Positions 9,680 to 20,182 of a stretch of DNA of 64,000 nt are shown here, in pieces. The position numbers and the translations under genes are program-made. The stretch covers positions 757-64,756 of the forward strand of contig JBPCON010000033.1 of NCBI GenBank assembly GCA_051000215.1, read 5' to 3'. The DNA comes from Acidimicrobiales bacterium. GTDB lineage: Bacteria; Actinomycetota; Acidimicrobiia; Acidimicrobiales; JACDCH01. Below the pieces are notes generated by a model. That model was not told the origin of the DNA. It searched no databases and saw only the letters and a program-made list of their open reading frames with translations. How positions within the stretch are numbered: position 1 is the first letter of the stretch; the number at the start of each line of letters is the position of its first letter.

Positions 9680-9958
9680 TCAGGGACGCGTCGAGAATCC
9701 CCTGAGGCCGCGAGGTTCCTCGTCGGTGATGTCGACCGCTGACACAACCGCGTTGGGCGGCCCGACAGCTGTCCAACCGAGCAGCTCATCGACCGCGGCT
9801 CGGCGCCCCTCCAAGACGAGCTCGACGCCGCCGTCTTCACGGTTGACGGCGGAACCAGCCACACCGAGGCGGCGAGCCTCGCGCTGCGCCGAAGCGCGGT
9901 ACCACACACCCTGTACACGGCCCCACACGAGGACCCGAACGCGCACGACGTCGTCCAC
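9680..9958 (-). CDS. acyP: acylphosphatase
   Basis: GRVQGVWYR and N..DGGVE motifs. Confidence 0.88.
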   Translation of the reverse strand: MDDVVRVRVLVWGRVQGVWYRASAQREARRLGVAGSAVNREDGGVELVLEGRRAAVDELLGWTAVGPPNAVVSAVDITDEEPRGLRGFSTRP

Positions 9959-9974
9959 CGGGCAAGGTTGCCCC

Positions 9975-10607
9975 ATGGACGCCCTCGACGTGCTCACCGC
10001 AGCCGTCCTGGTCATCGTCGGCGTGCGTATCAGCGGCGGGACGCGGCTTGCGGTCAGCCGCGTCGGACGCAACAGGGTCCGCGAGATCGTCCGCGGCTTG
10101 CGGTGGCGGCACTTCGCTCTCGCTGTCCCGGCGCTGGTCGTGGTGGGCGCAGCAGTCATCGGGCTGGCTTCGCTTCCCGTCTTGAGCTGGGGCTGGTGGA
10201 CCGCGATCGGCGGCATCGGCAACCCGGTTATCGGTGGGACCGACCGCACGACGGGATCGCCCCTCGAGTGGCTGATCCCCCTGCTGTTCGTCGCCATGTT
10301 GCTGCCGGCGCTCCCGCTCTTCGCCGAAGGGGAGGAGCGTGCGTTTCGCCTCGGCTCGGAGCTGCGTACGACGTGGGAGCGGGTAGGCAAGGCCGTGCAG
10401 TTCGGCTTGGCACACGCGGTCATCGGGATCCCTGTCGGTGCCGCGCTCGGCTTGTCACTCGGTGGGGCCTACTTCACGTTGGCGTACCTGCGTCGCTGGC
10501 AGAGCACACTCAGCCAGCGCGAGGCAATGCTCGAAAGCACGCGCTGCCACCTCGCCTACAACCTGGTCGTCATCGCAGCGGTCGTCGTGCTCGTCGCCTT
10601 GGGCTGA
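9975..10607 (+). CDS. membrane protein, CPBP/Abi intramembrane protease-like
   Basis: several TM segments; EE..FR, FGLAH and H..YN motifs. Confidence 0.65.
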   Translation: MDALDVLTAAVLVIVGVRISGGTRLAVSRVGRNRVREIVRGLRWRHFALAVPALVVVGAAVIGLASLPVLSWGWWTAIGGIGNPVIGGTDRTTGSPLEWLIPLLFVAMLLPALPLFAEGEERAFRLGSELRTTWERVGKAVQFGLAHAVIGIPVGAALGLSLGGAYFTLAYLRRWQSTLSQREAMLESTRCHLAYNLVVIAAVVVLVALG

Positions 10608-10611
10608 GGCC

Positions 10612-11802
10612 TCAACGGAGAGCGATCTCCCAACCGGCACCGTCGCGGTACTCCTTGAGGATCCGACGCGCGACCGTGTGCACGTGCACCTCGTCGGGGC
10701 CGTCGTAGATGCGCCCGAAGCGCGCCGAGCGGTACATGAAGCTGAGGGGCGTGTCGTCGGTGAGACCCATCGCACCGTGGGCTTGGATGGCCCGGTCGAT
10801 CACGTCGTGCAGCATGCGGGCGCCGACGACCTTGATCACCCCGATCTCCACCCGGGCCTGCTCGCCCTGGTCGATCTTGTGCGCAGCGGCAAGCGTCAGG
10901 AGCCTGCACGCCTGGATCGAGGCGTAGCTCTCGAACACGTGCTGTTGCATGAGCTGTTTGGCCGCAAGAGGCTCACCGAACGCAGTGCGGTTGTTGAGCC
11001 GGTTGCAGAGCAGGTCGAAGGCTCGTTGCGCCTGACCGAGCCAACGCATGCAGTGGAAGATCCGTCCCGGGCCAAGACGTTCCTGAGCGATGACGAAGCC
11101 GTGCCCCCGCGGTCCCAGAAGGTTGGCTGCTGGCACGCGCACGTCGTCGTAGAGCACCTCGCAATGCCCGCCGCGTATGCCGAGCACCGGGGTCTCCCGA
11201 ACGATCGTGTAGCCGGGCGTGTCGGTCGGGACCACGATCATCGAGAAGGCCGCATGGTCCGGGGCGTCGGCCTCGGTCCGACACATCACCGTGGTGTACG
11301 CGGCGCGGTTCGCTCCGGTCGTGAACCACTTGCGCCCGGTGATGACCCACTCGTCGCCGTCGAGCACGGCGCGAGTCTGCAACTGAGTGGGATCCGAGGA
11401 AGCAACCTCGGGCTCGGTCATCGCGAAGCTTGGTGAGATCTCGGCGGCCACGAGCCGATCGAGGTACTTCGCGCGCCACTCCTCGTTGGCGTACTTGTGC
11501 AGCATCAACGAGTCCTGCAGCGTGTAGGTCCCGAGCGCGATCTGCCCGAACTCGCTGCGACCCTGCACCTCGTTCACATACACGTAGTCGAGGAAAGGGA
11601 GCCCACCGCCGCCGAGCTCAGCGGGATGCCCGAGCGCCCACAGGCCGCGAGCCTTCGCCTTGTCCTGGAGTGACTTCATGAGCACTCGCGCTTCGTCATC
11701 GCCACGGTGCAGCACGTCTTCGAACGGTTCGACCTCCTCGGTGACGAAGTCGAAAACGGCGTCGCGTATCGGGCGAACGTGTGCTGGCACCTCGAAGCTC
11801 AT
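10612..11802 (-). CDS. acyl-CoA dehydrogenase
   Basis: FAMTEP, GRKWF, RLGPGRIFHCMR and IYDGPDEVH motifs. Confidence 0.93.
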   Translation of the reverse strand: MSFEVPAHVRPIRDAVFDFVTEEVEPFEDVLHRGDDEARVLMKSLQDKAKARGLWALGHPAELGGGGLPFLDYVYVNEVQGRSEFGQIALGTYTLQDSLMLHKYANEEWRAKYLDRLVAAEISPSFAMTEPEVASSDPTQLQTRAVLDGDEWVITGRKWFTTGANRAAYTTVMCRTEADAPDHAAFSMIVVPTDTPGYTIVRETPVLGIRGGHCEVLYDDVRVPAANLLGPRGHGFVIAQERLGPGRIFHCMRWLGQAQRAFDLLCNRLNNRTAFGEPLAAKQLMQQHVFESYASIQACRLLTLAAAHKIDQGEQARVEIGVIKVVGARMLHDVIDRAIQAHGAMGLTDDTPLSFMYRSARFGRIYDGPDEVHVHTVARRILKEYRDGAGWEIALR

Positions 11803-11842
11803 GCGCGCCGAACTTAGAGGCCGGGCGCTACCGCCCGTTCAG

Positions 11843-12931
11843 TCAGTCGCGCGAGCGGCGTGGGAACCAACGGGACCTGACGCGCTCCGAGGACCGGTCC
11901 GAGGACCACAACGCGTACGGGGCCATGGTCAGCCCAGCGAGCGCGATGAGCACGGTGTCGTAGTTGACCCGCCAACCGCGAAAGTCGCGCCAACACGCGT
12001 CGCGGTCGGGACGCGTCGGGACCCCATAGCTCGCCAGCTCCTCGTAGGCGGCGTCGAATTCGCTCCGATCGATGCTGATCGGGCCGTCGGGCGGCGGGTC
12101 GGGGTCGTAGGCGATCCCGTAGTAGTCGGCGATGCGCCGCAGAGCGAGGAAGCCCGCCCTGATCGTGATCTGCGCCTGCGCGTCCATGGGGAGGTTGAGC
12201 GTCGACGCTCGAAGCGCTGCGGCGTCGAGCAGCACACCAGCTGACGTGACCCATGACCTCTCATGGCTGATGGAACGGAAGAACACGAGCGATGGCTGCG
12301 AGGTGTGGGTCTCCTCGACGTCGGCGAACCACGTCTCCCAATCGGCCCAGACCGCGTCGAGGGCATCGAGGCGAGCAAGGCGATGGTGACGCTTGATCAT
12401 CTCCGTCGCGCTCGGCGGATCACCGGCGCGCGCCGCCAGCCGTGTGACGGCGATCTCGCGCCGCTGGAACGCTGAGTAGATCGAGGGCAGGTAGGAGATG
12501 AGCAGGGCGACAAGACCGAGCCCGAGGGTTGCGGCCACGAACGACGCGATGTGCGTCGGCAGATCGGGGGCTTGGTGCGTACCGAGCGTGAGCGTCGAGG
12601 AGCCAGCCAGCTCGAAGGCCTCTCGCAGCGGGTCGACATGAAGGCCCCAGAACACCGCGCTGAACCCGGCGATGCTCAAGCTGATCCACGTCGCGGGTAG
12701 GCACATGAGCCCGATCGGGGCGAACATCGCCATCGCCCTGTCGCGCTGCTCGTAGGACTTCGCCCGCCTCAGGGGCAGGTCGAAGACCTTGCGCACCGAG
12801 AGGAACGTCCAACGGGTGAGCAAGACGACCTCTCCGCGGGGCAGGATCACGGTGCGGATCGCCGACAGCAGCGCCCAGCCCACGAGGAACACTCCCGCGA
12901 GGAGCGCTGCGACCCGACCGATCTCCGCCAT
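11843..12931 (-). CDS. membrane protein, potassium-channel-like (degenerate pore helix)
   Basis: TM segments with STLTLG pore-like motif; ISYLPSIYSAFQRRE. Confidence 0.6.
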   Translation of the reverse strand: MAEIGRVAALLAGVFLVGWALLSAIRTVILPRGEVVLLTRWTFLSVRKVFDLPLRRAKSYEQRDRAMAMFAPIGLMCLPATWISLSIAGFSAVFWGLHVDPLREAFELAGSSTLTLGTHQAPDLPTHIASFVAATLGLGLVALLISYLPSIYSAFQRREIAVTRLAARAGDPPSATEMIKRHHRLARLDALDAVWADWETWFADVEETHTSQPSLVFFRSISHERSWVTSAGVLLDAAALRASTLNLPMDAQAQITIRAGFLALRRIADYYGIAYDPDPPPDGPISIDRSEFDAAYEELASYGVPTRPDRDACWRDFRGWRVNYDTVLIALAGLTMAPYALWSSDRSSERVRSRWFPRRSRD

Positions 12932-12972
12932 GGCGCCAGAGGATACGGCCGGCTCCCGCTAGAACTGCCGGC

Positions 12973-14160
12973 GTGCCTGGTGATCACGTCCCGCTGACCG
13001 ATGCCCTGCTCGTGGCGGACACCTACGCCGGCGACCCGCATGCGGTGTTAGCTGCGCTGCGCGCTCGAGGTCCGTTGAGCTGGAACGCGACGAAGGGGTT
13101 CTGGGCGGTGAGCACCCACGCCGAGGTGCTCGCCGCGTCGAGCGACCCAGCGACGTTCTGCTCAGGCCGCGGCATCCTCGTCGAGGAGATCGGGCGCACC
13201 TACGACTCACCGCCGACGATGATGCACACCGACCCGCCACAGCACGCCCGCTACAGGGGGCTCGCCCAACCGGCGTTCAAACCGTCGGCGATGCGCGGGA
13301 TGGAGGCGATGGTGCTTGCGCTCGCGTCGCCGCTGGTTGCCTCGTTGGCGGCGGGCGGACCCGTTGACATCGTGCACGAGCTGGCCGAGCCGTTCCCCCT
13401 GCAGGTCATCGGCTCGCTACTCGGCATCGATGCGAGCGACCAGGACAAGCTCGTCGCGTGGTCGAACGCGTCGATCCCGGGCGCCGGCGAGTACACCGAC
13501 GACGAGCGGCTCGCGTTGATGGGCGAGATGACGGTCGAGCTGCTCGGCCTCGCAGCCACGCACCGCGGCGCACCGAGCGAAGGGCTCATCTCGACGCTGG
13601 CCACCCTCGAGGTCGATGGCGAGCGGTTGAGCACAGACGAGCTCGGCATGTTCCTCGTCCAACTGCTCGTCGCCGGGAACGAGACCACCCGCAACGCCAT
13701 CTCCGGTGGCCTCGTCGCGCTCGCTGAGAGCCCCGAGTCGTGGTCGCGCCTGCGCGGCGACCGCTCGCTTGTGCCCCTCGCCGTCGAGGAGATCCTGCGG
13801 TGGACGACCCCGGTCATCTCCTTCCTCCGTACCGCGACGCGCGACTGCACCCTGGGCGGCGTCGACGTCGCAGACGGCGACCCGTTGCTGTTGCTCTACG
13901 CGTCAGCCAACCGCGACGAGCTCGCCTTTGGTCGCTCTGCCTCATCGTTCGACGTCGGTCGCGATCCCAACCACCACCTCGCGTTCGGCTTCGGCACCCA
14001 CTTCTGCCTCGGCGCTGCGCTCGCCCGCATGGAGCTGCGCATCGTCCTGCAGCTCCTGCTCGATCGCTTCGTCGCGCTCGCGCCTGGCGGCCCGGTCGAA
14101 CGTTCCGGGTCGGCGATCATCGCCGGCGTGCGCTCGGCACCGTTGGTGCTCTCGAGCTGA
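12973..14160 (+). CDS. cytochrome P450
   Basis: AGNETT I-helix, EEILR, and heme motif FGFGTHFCLG. Confidence 0.95.
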   Translation: MPGDHVPLTDALLVADTYAGDPHAVLAALRARGPLSWNATKGFWAVSTHAEVLAASSDPATFCSGRGILVEEIGRTYDSPPTMMHTDPPQHARYRGLAQPAFKPSAMRGMEAMVLALASPLVASLAAGGPVDIVHELAEPFPLQVIGSLLGIDASDQDKLVAWSNASIPGAGEYTDDERLALMGEMTVELLGLAATHRGAPSEGLISTLATLEVDGERLSTDELGMFLVQLLVAGNETTRNAISGGLVALAESPESWSRLRGDRSLVPLAVEEILRWTTPVISFLRTATRDCTLGGVDVADGDPLLLLYASANRDELAFGRSASSFDVGRDPNHHLAFGFGTHFCLGAALARMELRIVLQLLLDRFVALAPGGPVERSGSAIIAGVRSAPLVLSS

Positions 14161-14228
14161 CCGATCGCGCCGCCACCGCGGCGACTGCCCCGCATGCGCA
14201 GATGACCTCGCCCACTAGGTTCGGGCGC

Positions 14229-15185
14229 ATGGGACTGCTTCAACGCTCGACCGAAAGCCTGCCGGCGCCGGTCCGTCGCGTCGGGCGGCCGCTGAAGCGT
14301 GCGGCGCTCGCGGCGAGAGGCCGGCTCGAGGAGCAGCGCAACCCCGCGCTCCACTGGCTCCGCCAGTCGGTCCGCGACGCGGCCGCCGGCCCCGAGGTGT
14401 GGGACACGATCTGGGACAACCGTCGCCGTCTCGTGCGCGAGCTCGCACCAGGCAAATCCTTCCTCGACCTCGGCGGCATGTTCTTCATCGACGGCGACAT
14501 CGCGTTCCTGGCCGAGGAGTGCGGCGCGTCACGGGTCGTGCTCTTCGACGCCATGGACCCGTCGGACGCGTTCGCGGAGAAGCACGAGGCCAAGGGTTCG
14601 AACGTGCACTTCGTGCAGGGCGACTTCCACGACCCCTACGACATCGAGCAGCTCGGCACGTTCGACGTCGTGTGGTGCTGTGGGGTGATCTACCACACGC
14701 CCCACCCGATCCAGCAGATCCAGCATCTGCGCCAGCTCACCCGCCACCGCCTCGTGCTCGGGAGCCTTGTCGTGCCCGAAGTGCCCGGTTTCGAGCAGGC
14801 GGCCCTGCTCTACCCGGGCATGTCGCCGAGCATGCGGGCGACGTTCACGACGTTCGCCGGCGGTACGCACACCTTCCCGGGGATGACCGTGCCGTTCGAC
14901 GAGGAGCCGCTCATGGCCTACGTCAACATGTGGTTCGGTCTGACGCCTTCGATCATCCGGGCGATGCTCGTTCACACCGGTTTCGAGCCCATCGAGGACC
15001 ACCAGGTCACACCGTTCTCCTACGACGTCGTGGCCAAGTTGGGTGGCGTCTCACCTGACATCTACCCGCCCCGTTTTCAATCGCAGGGGCGAGCGCTCGC
15101 GCGCTACGAGGGCGTGCCCGACGAAAAGCTCCCGGCGTACGCTGCAGAACAGGTGCGCGCCCTGCGCGCCCACCCGCCCTTCTGA
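14229..15185 (+). CDS. class I SAM-dependent methyltransferase-like protein
   Basis: FLDLGG and FDVVWCCGVIYH motifs; TAGGTT 7 nt before ATG. Confidence 0.75.
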   Translation: MGLLQRSTESLPAPVRRVGRPLKRAALAARGRLEEQRNPALHWLRQSVRDAAAGPEVWDTIWDNRRRLVRELAPGKSFLDLGGMFFIDGDIAFLAEECGASRVVLFDAMDPSDAFAEKHEAKGSNVHFVQGDFHDPYDIEQLGTFDVVWCCGVIYHTPHPIQQIQHLRQLTRHRLVLGSLVVPEVPGFEQAALLYPGMSPSMRATFTTFAGGTHTFPGMTVPFDEEPLMAYVNMWFGLTPSIIRAMLVHTGFEPIEDHQVTPFSYDVVAKLGGVSPDIYPPRFQSQGRALARYEGVPDEKLPAYAAEQVRALRAHPPF

Positions 15186-15192
15186 GCACCGA

Positions 15193-18100
15193 TCAGCGGA
15201 AGTCGCGGCTGCGGCTGGGAGCGCCGAGTGGGAGGGGCTCGACGACCTCGGCAACGATGTTCGTCACGCCCTCGCTGCGCTCGAGGCGCCCCCGGATGAG
15301 CAGCGCTGGGCACGAGCGCACCACCGTGCGGTAGCGCGCCCAACACCCCTTCGAGCAGATCACGTTGATGAGCCCCGTCTCGTCTTCGAGGTTCACGAAG
15401 GTCACGCCGGCTGCGGTGGCCGGACGCTGGCGGTGGGTGACGATGCCGGCGACGACCACCTTGCTCCCCGCCTCGGCTTCGCCGAGCCGCGACGCCACCA
15501 GCACACCGAGCTCGTCGAGATGCGCCCGCACGAAGCGGGTGGGATGCCCATCGGGGCTCACCCCCGTTGCCCACAGATCCGCGTTGGCGGTCTCGCGGTC
15601 GGACAGCCAGGGCAGCGTCGGCGCGACAGCACCGGTGACGATGCCGGCGAGGCGGTCGGGCTTGGACTGGGCGACGGCACCAGCAGACCACAGCGCGGCA
15701 CGACGATCGAGGTCGAAGCACGCGAACGCGCCGGCAGTGGCGAGGGCCTCGAGGTGAGGCAGCGAAAGGCCCGGTACTCGCCGCAGGAGATCTTCCATGG
15801 TGGCGTAGGGGCGACCTGCATCGATGGCCTTGGCCTGCTCGTCGCCGATGCCGCGCACCGACCCGATGCCGAGGCGCACCACCGGCCCGCCCCGGCCCCA
15901 CTCCTCGGGTGCGATGTCGGGCCCGGGTCGTGCGGCCAAGGGCTCAGCGTGTTCGAGGGTGGCCTGCCAACCCGACGCGTTGAGATCGGGTGTGCGTACC
16001 TCGACGCCGTGACGGCGCGCGTCTTGCACCAGTGAGTGCGGCGAGTAAAAGCCCATGGGCTGCGCGTTGAGCAACCCCGCGCAGAACGCTGCCGGCTCGT
16101 AGCGCTTGAGCCACGACGAGGAGTACACGAGGTAGGCGAAGCTCACCGAGTGGCTCTCGGGGAACCCGTAGCTGGCGAACGCTGCCAGCTTCTCCCAGAT
16201 CTGCTCGATGACGTCGGAGGCGACGTGACGCTCGCTCGCGCCGTCGATGAAGAGCTGGTGAAGGCGCTCCATGCGCTCCTTGCTGCGCTTCGAGCCCATG
16301 GCCTGGCGCAGCTGGTCGGACTCACCTGCGCTGAACCCGCCGACGTCGATGGCCATCTGCATGAGCTTCTCTTGGAACAGGGGGATGCCGAGGGTCTTCT
16401 CGAGGCTGCGTTCGAGCAACGGATGCAGGTAGGTGACGGGCTCCTGGCCGTTGCGCCGGCGGATGTAGGGGTGCACCGAGCCCCCCTGGATCGGCCCGGG
16501 CCGGATGAGGGCCACCTAGACGACGAGGTCGTAGAACGTGTGCGGCCGCAGCCGCGGCAGCGTGGCCATCTGCGCCCGCGACTCGACCTGGAACACACCG
16601 ACCGAGTCGGCCCGGCAGAGCATGGCGTAGACCTCGTCGTCCTGCGGGAGCGCTGCGAGGTCGACCTCGACCCCGCGGTGCTCGCGCACGAGGTCGATGG
16701 TGCCGTGCAAGGCCGAGAGCATCCCGAGCCCGAGCAGGTCGAACTTCACGAGGCCAACGGCTGCGCAGTCGTCTTTGTCCCACTGCAAGACGGTGCGATC
16801 CTCCATGCGCCCCCACTCGACGGGGCACACCTCGACGACGGGCCTGTCGCAGATCACCATGCCGCCGGAGTGGATGCCCAGGTGGCGGGGGAAGTGCTCG
16901 ACCTGCTTGGCCAGGTCGATGACAGGGGCTGGGATGTCGTGGTCGCGCAACCCCTCCGTGTTGCGCACCGGGCCCCACCCATCGACTTGCTTCGACCACG
17001 CGTCTTGCTGGCCGGTGGAGAAGCCGAGAGCCTTGGCCATGTCGCGGATCGAGGACTTGGCGCGGTAGGTGATGACGTTGGCCACCTGGGCTGCGTGCTC
17101 GCGGCCGTGGCGGGCATAGACGTACTGGATCGCCTCCTCGCGCCGGCCCGACTCGATGTCGATGTCGATGTCGGGCGGCCCGTCTCGCTCCGGCGACAAG
17201 AAGCGCTCGAAGAGCAGACCGAGCTTCACCGCATCCGCGCTGGTGATCCCGAGGGCGAAGCACACCGCGCTGTTGGCAGCCGAGCCCCGACCCTGGCAGA
17301 GGATGTCGTGGCTGCGGCAGAACTCGACGATGTCCCACACCACGAGGAAGTAGCCAGGGAACCCGAGGGCCTCGATGAGCGCGAGCTCATGGTCGATCTG
17401 GGCGTAGGCGCCTGGGACGCTCTCGTGACCCCGCTCGCCGTAGCGGCGGGTGGCACCCAGCTCGGTGAGCCGGCGCAGGTGCTCCATCTCGCTCAGCCCG
17501 TCGGGGCAGGGGAAAGGCGGCAAGTTCGGGGCGACCAGCTTGAGGTCGAAAGCACAGGCCACACCCAGCTCGGCAGCACGCTCGACGGCTCCCGGGTAGC
17601 GGCGGAAGCGGCGATCCTGCTCGAACCCGGCTCGGAGGTGCGCGCCGGCACCACCGGGCAGCCACCCGTCGATCTCGTCGAGGCTGCGCCTGGCGCGCAC
17701 AGCGGCAAGCGCGGTGGCCAGCGGGCGGCGCGACGGCGTGGCGTAGTGGACGTTGTTCGTTGCCACGACGTCGACGCCGGCTCGGGCCGCAACGTGGGCG
17801 AGCGCATCGTTGCGAGCGGAATCGAGAGGGTCGCCGTGGTCCCACAGCTCGACGGCGACGTTGGCCCGCCCGAACACGGCGACGAGGTCGGCCAAGGCTC
17901 GGGCTGCGGCAGCGGGACCTTGGCGCACGAGCGCTGCTGGCACCGTGCCCTTGCGGCAACCGGTGAGCACGAGCCACTCGTTGCCGTGCGCCTCGGCCAA
18001 CGCGCTCATCTCGTAGACCGGCTTGCCCTTCTCCGCACCTCGCAGCTGGGCGGTGGAGATGGTGCGGGCGAGACGGGCATAGCCCGCGGGGCTGCGGGCG

Positions 18101-18555
18101 AGCACGAGGAGGTGGGCGCCCTCAGGGTCGGCCTCACCGTTTTGGGGCTTCGTCAACCCGAGGCTCAGCTCGGCGCCAAAGGCCGCGGGCAGGCCGACCT
18201 CGCGGGCGGCTTCGGCGAAGCGGACCACGCCGTAGAGGCCATCGTGGTCGGTGAGGGCGAGCGCCTCGAGACCGAGCCGAGCCGCCTCCTCAGCCAGCTC
18301 CTCAGGGTGCGATGCGCCGTCGAGGAAGGAGAAGTTGGAGTGTGCGTGGAGCTCGGCGTAGGGCACCGTGCCGCGCCGGCGGGCGACAGCTGCGACGTAA
18401 GGCTGGCGCTTGCGCGACCACGCCGGGCTGTCCCCCCCGTTGGTGTGCTCGGGAAAGCCGGCAGGCACGTTGCTCGGCCGGCCCCCAGATCGGGAACGGT
18501 CGGAGAGCCGACGCTCGAGCTCGCTCCACGGCATCGCCGGGTTGTTGAAGCCCAT
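15193..18555 (-). pseudogene. dnaE2: error-prone DNA polymerase DnaE2/ImuC interrupted by an in-frame TAG at 16516-16518
   Basis: PHP domain (ELHAHSNFSFLDGAS), PDIDID, KFDLLGLG, FYDLVV*VALIRPGPIQG and C-terminal SRDFR; the two ORFs are contiguous and in the same frame. Confidence 0.9.
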
Positions 18556-18559
18556 CGTC

Positions 18560-20182
18560 TCAGTCGTAGACGGCGGCGATCGACCACCGGCCGTTCTCGA
18601 GGACGACGAGGCGCGCGACGCCATCGTCGGTGAGCACTTGGAAGCGGGCGCGGCGGCGGTGCGTCACCGGATCCCACCAACGCTCCTCGACCGGCCACGG
18701 GCCAGCCCACGCCGCGACGCGCCGTTCGTTGCGGCCTGCGCGCAGGCGCTCGGGGGTGGCGCTGAGCGTGCCGCGCCCATCGACGCCGACGGGCGCGCCG
18801 TTGGCGTCGAGCACCTCGATCTCGGTGGGCTCGGCTGGGACGGTGGCAGGCGAAGGCGACGGCAGCGCGCCAGGCCACGGTCGCTCACCGGGAAGCGGCA
18901 CACCGCTCGAGGTGCTTGCCGCGGGTTTCGCTGCCGGGCGAGCCGCGCTCAGATCGACCGCCCCCGCTGGCACCGCGGCGACGAGCTCGCCTGGTAGGCG
19001 ACCGCCGCGCCACTCGGGGACGGTCACCGATTCGGGGCCGAGCAGGCCCTCGAGCCGCGCGAGGGCGCGCATGACCCGTTCGTCGGCAACACCTGCGCTC
19101 CCCCAGAACCCGAGTTGGCGGCCCTTCGCTGCCACGACCTCGTCGGGCTCGAGGCGCAGCAAGGTGATGCCGGCCGTCGGACGCTTGGCCCCGCTCAGCC
19201 AACCGTCGAGCTGCCAGCGGACCCGCTCGGCGATGGCCGCTGGTCCCAGCGCTCCCGCCGTGCCAGCCCCCTCCATGCGCCACAGCCGCTCATTGCGCTC
19301 GCCGTGCTCGGTCTCGGCGATCACGAGCACGCGGGTGCACGCCTCGCCCCGAGCATGGAGACGACCGGTGAGCTGCTCGGCGAGGGCGCGGGCGACGAAC
19401 GCCGCCGGCTCGACGCGCTCGGCTGGAGGGTCGAGCTCGCTCTGCACGGCCAGCTCCGGTTGCGGCGAGCGGGTGGCAAGCGGGCGAGGGTCGAGGCCGC
19501 TGGCGAGGCGGTGTGCTGTTGCCCCCTGCGGTCCGAAGCGCGCGAGCACATCGGTCGCTGGGAGCGCGGCGAGCTCGCCGAGCGTGTGCAGGCCGAGGCG
19601 GCGCAACACCTCGACGAGCTCGGGACGTTCGAGCACCTCGAGCTGGCACCCCGCGAGGAAAGCGCTGGCCCCACCCTCTGGGACGACGAGCAGGCCACCG
19701 CCCCCGCTGGCCCCGGTGTTGCCAGCACCGAGCGCAGCGGCGAGGGCGGCAGCGAAGGGGCCGTCGGCGACTCCCACCGAGATGGGGCGGCGACCGCAGA
19801 GAGCGTCATCGGCGAGTGCAAGGGCGCGGCGAGCAAGTGCCTCGTCGCCGCCGAAGTAGCGCGCCGGACCGAGTGTGCCAAACGCGCAACGGCCGGGGAC
19901 GGTGAGCTCGATGCGCGGCGTGAGCGCCTCCATGGCGCCGAGCACGGGCTCGAAGGAGCGCGCATCGCGTGCGGGGTCGGGCGCGAGAACAACGAGTGCT
20001 GGGCAGCGCGCTTGGGCCTCGCGGCGGCGCATGCCGTTCGCAACCCCCTCGGCGCGCGCAGCGGGTGAGGTGACGGTCGCCCGATTGGCAACGAAGACGG
20101 CCGCCGGTTCGTCGAGGGTGAAACCGGCGGCGGTGATCGCCCAGTCGGGGCAGTCGACCACGAGTGTGCGCACGGGCCTCAC
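18560..20182 (-). CDS. imuB: Y-family polymerase-like ImuB
   Basis: GMRRREAQARCP, RYFGGDE and GPWPVEERWWD motifs; lies between imuA and dnaE2; GTGA overlap. Confidence 0.88.
   Translation of the reverse strand: MRPVRTLVVDCPDWAITAAGFTLDEPAAVFVANRATVTSPAARAEGVANGMRRREAQARCPALVVLAPDPARDARSFEPVLGAMEALTPRIELTVPGRCAFGTLGPARYFGGDEALARRALALADDALCGRRPISVGVADGPFAAALAAALGAGNTGASGGGGLLVVPEGGASAFLAGCQLEVLERPELVEVLRRLGLHTLGELAALPATDVLARFGPQGATAHRLASGLDPRPLATRSPQPELAVQSELDPPAERVEPAAFVARALAEQLTGRLHARGEACTRVLVIAETEHGERNERLWRMEGAGTAGALGPAAIAERVRWQLDGWLSGAKRPTAGITLLRLEPDEVVAAKGRQLGFWGSAGVADERVMRALARLEGLLGPESVTVPEWRGGRLPGELVAAVPAGAVDLSAARPAAKPAASTSSGVPLPGERPWPGALPSPSPATVPAEPTEIEVLDANGAPVGVDGRGTLSATPERLRAGRNERRVAAWAGPWPVEERWWDPVTHRRRARFQVLTDDGVARLVVLENGRWSIAAVYD

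Noticed and set aside
12973-15185. Secondary-metabolite cluster (P450 + methyltransferase)
   Set aside because: No scaffold synthase or precursor peptide nearby, and the methyltransferase has its own promoter candidate.
16516-16518. Pyrrolysine or genome-wide TAG recoding
   Set aside because: TAG terminates several intact genes here, no pyl genes or suppressor tRNA are visible, and the position is normally Glu (one base away).
16500-16530. Split-intein DnaE
   Set aside because: There are no intein residues or motifs at the break; the polymerase sequence is continuous across the stop.
16036-18633. 865-aa plus-strand ORF and similar long shadow ORFs (e.g. 41279..43009, 52715..54280, 56780..58696)
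   Set aside because: They lie antisense to well-recognised genes and have no motifs; such ORFs are expected at this GC content.
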